Shown here: one piece after another, positions 10,783 through 22,600 of the stretch | Position numbering within the stretch: the first letter of the stretch is position 1 | Layout of the letters: the number at the start of each line of letters is the position of its first letter | DNA from: Squalus acanthias | Lineage: Eukaryota | Assembly (NCBI GenBank): GCA_030390025.1 | Contig: JASTWF010000033.1 | Coordinates: 6,140,001 to 6,204,000 of the forward strand | Length of the DNA stretch: 64,000 nucleotides | Direction of reading: 5' to 3' | The notes under the pieces: model-generated | The model's input: only the letters and a program-made list of their open reading frames with translations | Database searches by the model: none | Told to the model about the DNA's origin: nothing | Program-made: the position numbers and the translations under genes

Positions 10783-13198
10783 TTAGTTTAAAACCTCCCC
10801 AACAGCACTAGAAAACACTCCCCCTAGGACATCGGTTCCGGCCCTGCCCAGGTGCAGACCGTCCCGTTTGTACTGGTCCCACCTCCCCCAGAACCGGTTC
10901 CAATGTCCAAGGAATTTGAATCCCTCCCCCTTGCACCATTCCTCTAGCCACGTATTCATTTGAAATATCCTCCTATTTCTACTCTGACTAGCACGTGGCA
11001 CTGGTAGCAATCCTGAGATTACTACCTTTGAGGTCCTCTTTTTTAATTTACCTCCTAACTCCCTATATTCTGCTTTTAGGACCTCATCCCGTTTTTTACC
11101 TATATCGTTGATGCCTATGTGCATCACGACAACTGGCTACTCGCCCTCCCCCTCCAAAATGTTCTGCAGCCGCTCTGAGACGTCCTTGACCCTTGCACCA
11201 GGGAGGCAACACACCATCCTGGAGTCTCGATTGCGGCCGCAGAAATGCCTATCTCTTCCCCTTACAATTGAATCCCCTATCACTATAGCTCTTCCACACT
11301 TTTTCCTCCCAGCCTGTGCAGCAGAGCCACCCATGGTGCCAGGAGGTTGGCTGCTGCCGCTTTCCCCTGTTCAGAATTCATTGGACTCGGGAACAGTGCC
11401 CATGGATTGGAGGGTAGCTAACGTTACCCCACTATTCAAAAAGGGGGGTGGGGAAAAAGCAGCTAATTACAGACCTGTAAGCCTTACATCAGTTGTGGGC
11501 AAAATGCTGGAGTCCATCATTAAGGATGAAATAGCGGAGCACTTAGCAAATGGGGACAGGATAGGACAGAGTCAACATGGATTTACAAAGGGTAAATCGT
11601 GCTTGACTAATCTATTGGAATTTTTTGAGGGAGTAACTGGTAAAATAGATGGGGGAGAGCCAGTAGATGTGGTGTACCTGGACTTCCAAAAGGCCTTCGA
11701 TAAGGTCCCACATAAAAGATTAGCAGGGAAAATTGAAGCTCATGGGATAAAGGGGAAAGTATTGACGTGGATAGAGAACTGGCTGTCAGATAGAAAACAG
11801 AGAGTTGGAATAAACGGCTCATTTTCTGAATGGCAGGCAGTAACAAGTGGGGTACCGCAGGGATCTGTCCTGGGTCCCCAGCTGTTCACAATTTACATTA
11901 ATGACCTGGATCAGGGAGTCGGATGCAGCATTTCCAAATTTGCAGACGACACTAAACTAGGAGGGGGGGTGGGCTCAGAGGAGGAGACCAGGAAGCTCCA
12001 GAGCGATTTGGACAGACTGGGTGATTGGGCGGATAAATGGCAGATGCACTATAATGTGGACAAGTGCGAAGTTATCCACCTTGGGTGCAGGAACGGGAGG
12101 GCAAATTATTATTTAAATGGCAATAAATTGGGAGAGGGGGAAGTACAGAGAGACCTGGGTGTTCTTGTACACCAGTCACTGAAGGCGAGCATGCAGGTGC
12201 AACAGGCGGTCAAGAAGGCAAACGGTATGCTGGCCTTCATAGCAAAAGGGTTGGAATACAGGAACAGGGATACCTTGCTGCAGCTGTACAGGGCACTGGT
12301 GAGACCACACCTCGAGTACTGTGTACAGTTTTGGTCGCCTCATCTGAGGAAAGATGTTCTTGCCATGGAGGGGGTGCAGCGGCGATTCACCAGGCTGATA
12401 CCAGGAATGGCGGGTTTGACCTATGAGGAGAGACTATGTAGTTTAGGGATGTACACACTGGAGTTTAGAAGATTGAGAGGGGACCTCATAGAAGTGTATA
12501 AAATTCTGACAGGTCAAGACAGACTAGATGCAGAAGGAATGTTTCCCTTGGCGGGTGAGAACAGAACTAGAGGACATAATTTAAGGATAAGGGCTAAACC
12601 ATTTAGGACAGAAATGAGGGGGAATTTCTTCACTCAGAGGGTGGTGAACCTGTGGAACTCATTGCCACAGAGGGCAGTGTACGCCAGCTCATTAAATATA
12701 TTTAAGAGGGAATTAGATATATTTCTACAGGCAAAAGGGGTTAAGGGTTACGGAGAGAAGGCGGGGACGGGATACTGAATTGGAGGATCAGCCATGATCT
12801 CATTAAATGGCGGAGCAGGCTCGAAGGGCCGGATGGCCTACTCCTGCTCCTAACTTCTATGTATCTATGTATCTATGTAAGTCATCCCCCCCAACAGCAT
12901 CCAAAGTGGTATATCTGTTTGAGAGGGGGATGGCCTCAGGGGACCCCTGAACTACATGCCTGCACCTCTTACTCTGCCTGGTGGTCACCTATTCGCTTCC
13001 TGCCTGTACACCCTTTACCTGCGGTGTGCCCAACTCGCTAAACGTGTTATTCACGACGTTCTCAGCGTCGCGAATGCTCCAATATACATCCATCCGTCAG
13101 TAGCTGCAGCTGGATACATTTCCCACACACATGGTAGTGTACCTGATTTCCCACATATTGCAGGAGGAGCATATCACGGCGCCGAGCTCTGCTGCCAT
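10783..13198 (-). pseudogene. CR1 copy 2 ORF1 (zinc finger plus SGNH esterase), split by nested insertion
   Basis: ATG at 13198 (MAAELGAVICSSCNMWE), deletions and stops, resumes after the insertion as GESGSSQ..IVIGDSIV..HIGIND..DGLHLG. Confidence 0.88.
11370..12879 (+). mobile_element. 5'-truncated young CR1 LINE (copy 3), open RT frame to stop at 12778, (TATCTATG)n tail
   Basis: Almost identical to copy 4; I see only three amino-acid differences (GGEKAAN vs GREKAGN, GQD vs GLD). Inserted antisense into the ORF1 of copy 2. Confidence 0.95.
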
Positions 13199-13328
13199 TA
13201 ATTATCCTTTAATTAATTAATAAAAATTAAACCAAATGAATCCCACCAATTTCACTTCAATTGCATGATATATTCAAGGGCCCTTGCTTAACAGCAGTCC
13301 CCGCTACACCACAGAGACTCTAGAAACT

Positions 13329-16300
13329 ATTAACTGTAACTTTATTCACCGGTGTAGAGGATACCATGTATAAATTAAAAATTAACTGCAACTTTATTCC
13401 CTGGTGTAGAGGATTCCATGTGGAAATTAACAATTAACTGTAACTTTATTCACTGCTGCAGAGGATACTATCAGTAAATTAACAATTAGCTGAAACGTTA
13501 TTCCCTGGTGTAAAAGATACCATGTGTAAATTAACAATTAACTGAAACGTTATTCCCTGGTGTAAAGGATACCATGTGTAAATTAACAATTAACTGTAAC
13601 TTTATTCCCTGGTGTAGAGGATTCCCTGTGGAAATTAACAATTCACTGTAACTATATTCACTGCTGCAGAGGATACTATTAGTAAATTATCAATTTGCTT
13701 TAAATTGTTTCTCTGGTGAAGAGGATGCCATGTGTAAATTCACAATTAACTATATCTTTATTCCCCGCTGTGGAGGATACCATGTGTAAATTAACAATTA
13801 ACTGTACCTTTATTCCCTGGTTTAGAGGAAACCATGTGAAAATTAACAATTAACTGTAACTTTATTCCCCGGTGTGGAGGATACCATGTGTAAATTAACA
13901 ATTCAATGTACCTTTATTCCCCGGTGTAGATGATACCATGTGTAAATTAACAATTAACTGTAACTTTAATCACTGCTGCAGAGGATACCATGTGAAAATT
14001 TACAATTAACTATAAGATTATTCACCGGTGTGGAGGATACCATGTGTAAATTAACAATTCAATTTACCTTTATTCCACGGTGTAGGGGTTACCATGTGTA
14101 AATTAACAATTAACTGTAACTTTATTCACTACTGTAGAGGATACCATGCAAAAATTTACAATTTACTGTAACTTTATTCCCCGGTGTGGAGGATACCATG
14201 TGTTAATTAACAGTTAACTGTAACTTTATTTCAAGGTGCAGAGGACTCCATGTGTAAATGAACAAATAACTGTAACTTTATTCATTGCTGTAGAGGATAC
14301 CATGTTTAAATTAACAATTAACTGTAATTTCATTTCCCAGTGTGGAGGATACCATGTGTAAATTACGAATTAACTGTAACTTATTTTCCCGGTGTACAGG
14401 ATACCATGTGTAAATTAACAATTTACTGTAAATTTATTCACTGCTGTCGAGGATATCATGTGCAAATTAACAATTAACTGTAACTTAATTCCCCGGTGTT
14501 GAGGATACCATGTGTAAATTTACAATTAACTGTAACTTTATTCCGGGATGTGATGATTACCATGTGTAAATTAACAATTAACCGTAACTTTATTCCCCGG
14601 TGTGGAGGATACCATGTGTAAATTAACAATTAACTGTAAACTTATTCCCCGGTGTGGTGGATACCATGTGTAAATTAACAATTAAATGTACCTTTATTCC
14701 CCGGTGTGGAGGATACCATGTGTTAATTAACAGTTAACTGTAACTTTATTTCAAGGTGCAGAGGACTCCATGTGTAAATGAACAAATAACTGTAACTTTA
14801 TTCATTGCTGTAGAGGATACCATGTTTAAATTAACAATTAACTGTAATTTCATTTCCCAGTGTGGAGGATACCATGTGTAAATTACGAATTAACTGTAAC
14901 TTATTTTCCCGGTGTACAGGATACCATGTGTAAATTAACAATTTACTGTAAATTTATTCACTGCTGTCGAGGATATCATGTGCAAATTAACAATTAACTG
15001 TAACTTAATTCCCCGGTGTTGAGGATACCATGTGTAAATTTACAATTAACTGTAACTTTATTCCGGGATGTGATGATTACCATGTGTAAATTAACAATTA
15101 ACCGTAACTTTATTCCCCGGTGTGGAGGATACCATGTGTAAATTAACAATTAACTGTAAACTTATTCCCCAGTGTGGTGGATACCATGTGTAAATTAACA
15201 ATTAAATGTACCTTTATTCCCCAGTGTTGAGGTTACAATGTGTAAATTAACAATTAACTGTAACTTTATAACCCGGTGAAGAGGATACTATGTTTATATT
15301 AACAATTAACTATAACTTTTTTCCCCGGAGTATTGGATACAATGTGTAAATTAACGATTATCTGTAACTTTATTCCCCGTTGTAGAGGATAGCATGTGTA
15401 AATTAACAATTAACTTTAACGTTATTCCCCGGTGTAGAGGATACAATGTTTAAATTAACAATTAACTGTAACGTTATTCCCTGGTGTAAAGGATACCATG
15501 TTAAATTAACAATTAACTGTAAATTTATTCCCCTGTGCAGAGGATACCAGGTGTAAATTAACAATTAACTGTTACTTTATTTCCTGGTGCAGAGGATACC
15601 ATGTGTAAATTCACAATTAACAATAACTTTGTTTCCAGAGTGTAGACGATACTATGTGTAAATTAACAATTAACTGTAAATTTATTCACTGCTGTGGAGG
15701 ATACCATGTGTAAATTAACAATTAACTGTAACTTTATCCCTCTGTGCAGAGGATACCATGTGTAAATTAACAAATTAACTGTAACTTTAATCATTGGTGT
15801 AGAGGATACAATGTGTAAATTAACAATGAAATGAAACTTAATTCACTGCTGCAGAGGATACCATGTGTAAATTCACAATTAACTGTAACTTTATTTCCCG
15901 GTGTAGAGGATACCGTGTGTCAATTAACAATTAACTGTAACTTTGTTTCCAGAGTGCAGAGGATACTATGCGTAAATTAACAATTAACTGTAACGTTATT
16001 CACTGCTGTGGAGGATACCATGTGTAAATTAACAATCAACTGTAACTTTATTCCCCGCTGCAGAGGATACCATGTGTAAATTAACAATTAACTGAAACGA
16101 TATTCCCTGGTGTAAAGGATACCATGTGTAAGTTAACAATTAACTGTAAATTATTCCCCGTTGTAGAGGATACCATGTGTCAATTAACAATTAACTGTAA
16201 CTTTATTCCCTGGTGTAGAGGATACCATGCATAAATTAACAATTAACTGTAACTTTATTCCCCGGTGCAGAGGATACCATGTGTCAATTAACAATTAAAC

Positions 16301-16746
16301 GTAAATGTATTCACTGCTGTAGAGGGTACCATGCGTAAATTAAAAATTAACGGTAACTTAATTCACTGCTGCAGAGGAATCCATCAGTAAATTACCAATT
16401 TGCTCTAAATTGTTTCTCTGCTGTAGAGGATACCATGTGTAAATTCACAATTAACAGTAACTTTGTTTCCTGGGTGTAGAGGATAACATGTGTAAATTAA
16501 CAATTAACTGTAACTTTATTCCCCGGTGTAGAGGATGCCATGTGTAAATTAACAATTATCTGTACCGTTATTCACTGCTGTAGAGGATACCATGTGTAAA
16601 TTAACAATTAAATTTAACGTTATTCACTGCTGTCGAGGATATCATGTTTAAATTAACAATTGGCTGCAACTTTATCCTCTGGTGTAGAGGATACCATGTT
16701 TAAATTAACAATTAACTGTAACTTTATTCCCCGGTGTGGAGGATAC
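13329..16746. repeat. 52-bp satellite array
   Basis: About 65 monomers; includes a 520-bp (10-mer) tandem duplication starting at 14181 and 14701. Confidence 0.98.
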
Positions 16747-19688
16747 ATAGATACATAGATACATAGAAGATAGGAGCAGGAGTAGGCCATCCGGCCCTTC
16801 GAGCCTGCTCCGCCATTTAATGAGATCATGGCTGATCCTCCAATTCAGTATCCCGTCCCCGCCTTCTCTCCGTAACCCTTAACCCCTTTTGCCTGTAGAA
16901 ATATATCTAATTCCCTCTTAAATATATTTAATGAGCTGGCGTACACTGCCCTCTGTGGCAATGAGTTCCACAGGTTCACCACCCTCTGAGTGAAGAAATT
17001 CCCCCTCATTTCTGTCCTAAATGGTTTAGCCCTTATCCTTAAATTATGTCCTCTAGTTCTGTTCTCACCCGCCAAGGGAAACATTCCTTCTGCATCTAGT
17101 CTGTCTAGACCTGTCAGAATTTTATACACTTCTATGAGGTCCCCTCTCAATCTTCTAAACTCCAGTGTGTACATACCTAAACTACATAGTCTCTCCTCAT
17201 AGGTCAATCCCGCCATTCCTGGTATCAGCCTGGTGAATCGCCGCTGCACCCCCTCCATGGCAAGAACATCTTTCCTCAGATGAGGCGACCAAAACTGTAC
17301 ACAGTACTCGAGGTGTGGTCTCACCAGTGCCCTGTACAGCTGCAGCAAGGTATCCCTGTTCCTGTATTCCAACCCTTTTGCTATGAAGGCCAGCATACCG
17401 TTTGCCTTCTTGACCGCCTGTTGCACCTGCATGCTCGCCTTCAGTGACTGGTGTACAAGAACACCCAGGTCTCTCTGTACTTCCCCCTCTCCCAATTTAT
17501 TGCCATTTAAATAATAATTTGCCCTCCCGTTCCTGCACCCAAGGTGGATAACTTCGCACTTGTCCACATTATAGTGCATCTGCCATTTATCCGCCCAATC
17601 ACCCAGTCTGTCCAAATCGCTCTGGAGCTTCCTGGTCTCCTCCTCTGAGCCCACCCCCCCTCCTAGTTTAGTGTCGTCTGCAAATTTGGAAATGCTGCAT
17701 CCGACTCCCTGATCCAGGTCATTAATGTAAATTGTGAACAGCTGGGGACCCAGGACAGATCCCTGTGGTACCCCACTTGTTACTGCCTGCCATTCAGAAA
17801 ATGAGCCGTTTATTCCAACTCTCTGTTTTCTATCTGACAGCCAGTTCTCTATCCACGTCAATACTTTCCCCTTTATCCCATGAGCTTCAATTTTCCCTGC
17901 TAATCTTTTATGTGGGACCTTATCGAAGGCCTTTTGGAAGTCCAGGTACACCACATCTACTGGCTCTCCCCCATCTATTTTACCAGTTACTCCCTCAAAA
18001 AATTCCAATAGATTAGTCAAGCACGATTTACCCTTTGTAAATCCATGTTGACTCTGTCCTATCCTGTCCCCATTTGCTAAGTGCTCCGCTATTTCATCCT
18101 TAATGATGGACTCCAGCATTTTGCCCACAACTGATGTAAGGCTTACAGGTCTGTAATTACCTGCTTTTTCCCTACCCCCCTTTTTGAATAGTGGGGTAAC
18201 GTTAGCTACCCTCCAATCCATGGGCACTGTACCCGAGTCTAATGAATTCTGAAAAATCATACTTAGTGCATCCGCTATCTCTAGGGCCACATCCTTCAGC
18301 ACCCTAGGATGCATGTTATCAGGCCCTGGGGATTTGTCCGCCTTCAACCCCTTTAGCTTCCTTAACACCATATCCTTAGAGATATTGACTTGCGTCAGTT
18401 CCTCCTTTGCAAATGTCCCTATTTTTCCCGATATCCCAGGGAGGTTTTTTGTGTCTTCCTTCGTAAAGACTGACCCAAAGTATGCATTTAGTTGGTCTGC
18501 CATTTCTTTATTTCCCGTTATATATTCCCCCGTATCTGACTGCAATGGGCCAACTTTGGTTTTCACCAGTCTTTTCCTCTTGATATACTTATAAAAGCTT
18601 TTGGAGTTAGTTTTTATATTTTCCGCCAGCTTGCTTTCGTAAGCTATTTTGCCCCTCTTGATTAAGCCCTTTGTCCTCCTTTGCTCTATCTTAAACTGTT
18701 CCCAATCTTCCGCTCTGGCGCTTTTTTTGGCTATTTTATACGCCCTATCTTTGGATTTTATGCTGTCTCTAATTTCCCCTGTTATCCACGGTTGAGTCAC
18801 CTTTTTAGATTTCCTTTTATGCCAGATTGGTATAAACAATTTTTGCAATTTTGTCATTCTATCTTTAAATGCTTGCCATTGTTTATCTACCTCCAGTCCT
18901 CCCAGGAACGTTGTCCAATCAGACCTACTCAGTTCCCGTCTAATGGCATCATAATTCCCCTTGTTTAAATTCAGGACCTTAGTATCTGAGTCAATTTCTT
19001 CGCTCTCCATTTCGAGTGAGAAATCGATCATGTTATGATCGCTCTGACCCAAGGGTCCCCGTACAACAAGATTACTAATTAGTCCCTTCTCATTGCACAG
19101 TACCCAGTCCAATATAGCCTGTTCCCGAGTTGGTTCCTCGACATATTGATCCAGATAACCATCCCTTAAACACTCAAGGAATTCCTCCTCCTCATTATTT
19201 TTACTGATTAGGCTATTCCAATCTATATGTAAGTTAAAGTCACCTATGATGACAGCTGTGCTCTTATTGCACGCTTCTCTAATTTCCCTCGTGATGCCCT
19301 CCCCAACCTCTATTTTACTATTTGGAGGCCTATATACCACTCCTATTAATGTTTTTCGCCCCTCGCTATTTCTTAGCTCCACCCATATAGATTCTGTATT
19401 AACTGAGTTAATATCCTTCCTTTCAATTGCATTTATCCCTTCTTTTACCAGCAATGCTACCCCTCCTCCCTTTCTTTTTTGTCGATCCTTCCTAAATACT
19501 GAATACCCCTGTATGTTAAGCTCCCAGCCCTGCTCAGCCTGCAACCATGTTTCCGTAATCCCAATTAGATCATAATTATTAACCTCTATTTCCACAGCTA
19601 ATTCATCTACCTTGTTCCTGATGCTTCTCGCATTAAGGTATAAAACCCTCAGGCTTTTTTTATGCTCACATTTTTTATGAATTGGTTT
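16747..19688 (-). mobile_element. 5'-truncated young CR1 LINE (copy 4) with 6-bp TSD GGATAC
   Basis: GGATAC at 16741-16746 and 19689-19694; tail (GATACATA)n on +; lacks ORF1 and 5'UTR. Confidence 0.96.
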
Positions 19689-19697
19689 GGATACCAT
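16845..19697 (-). CDS. Intact 950-aa APE-RT ORF2 frame; first three codons (MVS) supplied by the flanking satellite
   Basis: Uninterrupted frame with LNARS, ITETWL, GDFN, SDH, YLDF.KAFD, PQGSVLGP, FADD, WNSLP. Expression is not shown. Confidence 0.85.
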   Translation of the reverse strand: MVSKPIHKKCEHKKSLRVLYLNARSIRNKVDELAVEIEVNNYDLIGITETWLQAEQGWELNIQGYSVFRKDRQKRKGGGVALLVKEGINAIERKDINSVNTESIWVELRNSEGRKTLIGVVYRPPNSKIEVGEGITREIREACNKSTAVIIGDFNLHIDWNSLISKNNEEEEFLECLRDGYLDQYVEEPTREQAILDWVLCNEKGLISNLVVRGPLGQSDHNMIDFSLEMESEEIDSDTKVLNLNKGNYDAIRRELSRSDWTTFLGGLEVDKQWQAFKDRMTKLQKLFIPIWHKRKSKKVTQPWITGEIRDSIKSKDRAYKIAKKSARAEDWEQFKIEQRRTKGLIKRGKIAYESKLAENIKTNSKSFYKYIKRKRLVKTKVGPLQSDTGEYITGNKEMADQLNAYFGSVFTKEDTKNLPGISGKIGTFAKEELTQVNISKDMVLRKLKGLKADKSPGPDNMHPRVLKDVALEIADALSMIFQNSLDSGTVPMDWRVANVTPLFKKGGREKAGNYRPVSLTSVVGKMLESIIKDEIAEHLANGDRIGQSQHGFTKGKSCLTNLLEFFEGVTGKIDGGEPVDVVYLDFQKAFDKVPHKRLAGKIEAHGIKGKVLTWIENWLSDRKQRVGINGSFSEWQAVTSGVPQGSVLGPQLFTIYINDLDQGVGCSISKFADDTKLGGGVGSEEETRKLQSDLDRLGDWADKWQMHYNVDKCEVIHLGCRNGRANYYLNGNKLGEGEVQRDLGVLVHQSLKASMQVQQAVKKANGMLAFIAKGLEYRNRDTLLQLYRALVRPHLEYCVQFWSPHLRKDVLAMEGVQRRFTRLIPGMAGLTYEERLCSLGMYTLEFRRLRGDLIEVYKILTGLDRLDAEGMFPLAGENRTRGHNLRIRAKPFRTEMRGNFFTQRVVNLWNSLPQRAVYASSLNIFKRELDIFLQAKGVKGYGEKAGTGY

Positions 19698-22600
19698 GTG
19701 TAAATTAACAATTCAATGTACTTTTATTCCCCGGTGTAGAGGATACCATGTGTAAATTAACAATTAAGTGTAACTTTATTCACTGCTGCAGAGGATACCA
19801 TGTGAAAATTTACAATTAACTATAAGATTATTCACCGGTGTGGAGGATACCATGTGTAAATTAACAATTCAATTTACCTTTATTCCACATGTAGGGGTTA
19901 CCATGTGTAAATTAACAATTAACTGTAACTTTATTCACTACTGTAGAGGATACCATGCAAAAATTTACAATTAACTGTAACTTTATTCCCCGGTGTGGAG
20001 GATACCATGTGTTAATTAACAGTCAACTGTAACTTTATTTCAAGGTGCAGAGGACTCCATGTGTAAATTAACAAATAACTGTAACTTTATTCATTGCTGT
20101 AGAGGATACCATGTTTAAATTAACAATTAACTGTAATTTCATTTCCCAGTGTGGAGGATACCATGTGTAAATTACGAATTAACTGTAACTTCTTTTCCCG
20201 GTGTACAGGATACCATGTGTAAATTAACAATTTACTGTAACTTTATTCACTGCTGTCGAGGATATCATCTGCAAATTAACAATTAACTGTAACTTAATTC
20301 CCCGCTGTTGAGGATACCATGTGTAAATTTACAATTAACTGTAACTTTATTCCGGGATGTGATGGATACCATGTGTAAATTAACAATTAACCGTAACATT
20401 TTTCCCCGGTGTGGAGGATACCATGTGTAAATTAACAATTAACTGCAACCTTATTCCCCGGTGTGGTGGATACCATGTGTAAATTAACAATTAACTGTAC
20501 CTTTATTCCCCAGTGTAGAGGTTACAATGTGTAAATTAACAATTAACTGTAACTTTATAACCCGGTGAAGAGGATACTATTTTTATATTAACAATTAACT
20601 ATAACTTTTTTCCCCGGAGTTTTGGATACAATGTGTAAATTAACGATTATCTGTAACTTTATTCCCCGTTGTAGAGGATAGCATGTGTAAATTAACAATT
20701 AACTTTAACGTTATTCCCCGGTGTAGAGGATACAATGTTTAAATTAACAATTAACTGTAACGTTATTCCCTGGTGTAAAGGATACCATGTTAAATTAACA
20801 ATTAACAGTAAATTATTTCCCCTGTGCAGAGGATACCAGGCGTAAATTAACAATTAACTGTAACTTTATTTCCTGGTGCAGAGGATACCATGTGTATGTT
20901 AACATTTAACTGTTAATTTATTTCCCAGTATAGAGGATACCGTGTGTAAATTCACAATTAACAATAACTTTGTTTCCAGAGTGTAGAGGATACTATGTGT
21001 AAATTAACAATTAACTGTAACTTTATTCACTGCTGTGGAGGATACCATGTGTAAATTAACAATTAACTGTAACTTTATCCCCCTGTGCAGAGGATACCAT
21101 GTGTAAATTAACAAATTAACTGTAACTTTAATCACTGGTGTAGAGGATACAATATGTAAATTAACAATGAAATGAAACTTAATTCACTGCTGCAGAGGAT
21201 ACCATGTGTAAATTAACAATTAACTGTAACTTTATTCACTGGTGTAGAGGATACCATGTGTAAATTAACAATTATCTGTAACTTTATTCACTGGTGCAGA
21301 GGATACCATGTGTATATTAACAATTAACTGTAACTTTATTTCCCGGTGTAGAGGATACCGTGTGTCAATTAACAATTAACTGTAACTTTGTTTCCAGAGT
21401 GTAGAGGATACTATGTGTAAATTAACAATTAACTGTAACGTTATTCACTGCTGTGGAGGATACCATGTGTAAATTAACAATTAACTGTAACTTTATTCCC
21501 CGGTGCAGATGATACCATGTGTCAATTAACAATTAACTGTAAATTATTCCCCGTTGTAGAGGATACCATGTGTCAATTAACAATTAACTGTAACTTTATT
21601 CCCTGGTGTAGAGGATACCATGCGTAAATTAACAATTAACTGTAACTTTATTCCCCGGTGCAGAGGATACCATGTGTCAATTAACAATTAAATGTAAATG
21701 TATTCACTGCTGTAGAGGATACCATGCGTAAATTAAAAATTAACGGTAACTGAATTCACTGATGCAGAGGAATCCATCAGTAAATTACCAATTTGCTCTA
21801 AATTGTTTCTCTGCTGTCGAGGATCCCATGTTTAAATTCACAATTAACAGTAACTTTGTTTCCTGGGTGTAGAGGATAACATGTGTAAATTAACAATTAA
21901 CTGTAACTTTATTCCCCGGTGTAGAGGATGCCATGTGTAAATTAACAATTAACTGTAACTTTATTCCCCGGTGTGGTGGATACCATGTGTAAATTAACAA
22001 TTAACTGTACCTTCATTCCCCGGTGTAGAGCATACCATGTGTAAATTAACAATTAACTGTACATTTATTCCCCTGTGCAGAGGATACCATGTGTAAATTA
22101 ACAAATTAACTGTAACTTTAATCACTGGTGTAGAGGATACAAGTGTAAATTAACAATTAAATGAAACTTAATTCACTGCTGCAGAGGATACCATGTGTAA
22201 ATTAACAATTAACTGTAACTTTATTCACTGCTGTGGAGGATACCATGTGTAAATTAACAATTAACTGTAACTTTATTCCCCGGTGTGGTGGATACCATGT
22301 GTAAATTAACAATTAACTGTACCTTTATTCCCCGGTGTAGAGCATACCATGTGTAAATTAACAATTAACTGTACATTTATTCCCCTGTGCAGAGGATACC
22401 ATGTGTAAATTAACAAATTAACTGTAACTTTAATCACTGGTGTAGAGGATACAAGTGTAAATTAACAATTAAATGAAACTTAATTCACTGCTGCAGAGGA
22501 TACCATGTGTAAATTAACAATTAACTGTAACTTTATTCACTGTTGTGGAGGATACCATGTGTAAATTAACAATTAACTGTAACTTTATTCCCTGGTGTAA

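Larger units (their letters stand above)
7735..13328 (-). mobile_element. Decayed near full-length CR1 LINE (copy 2) containing nested copy 3
   Basis: Tail reads CATAGAAACATAGAAG on + at 7735; ORF2 and ORF1 remnants on -; flanked by ATTA (7731-7734 and 13329-13332), a possible 4-bp TSD. Confidence 0.92.

Noticed and set aside
1001..19575. Many antisense and alternate-frame ORFs overlapping CR1 and PLE frames
   Set aside because: Shadow ORFs of retroelement coding sequence; they recur only because the elements are repeated.
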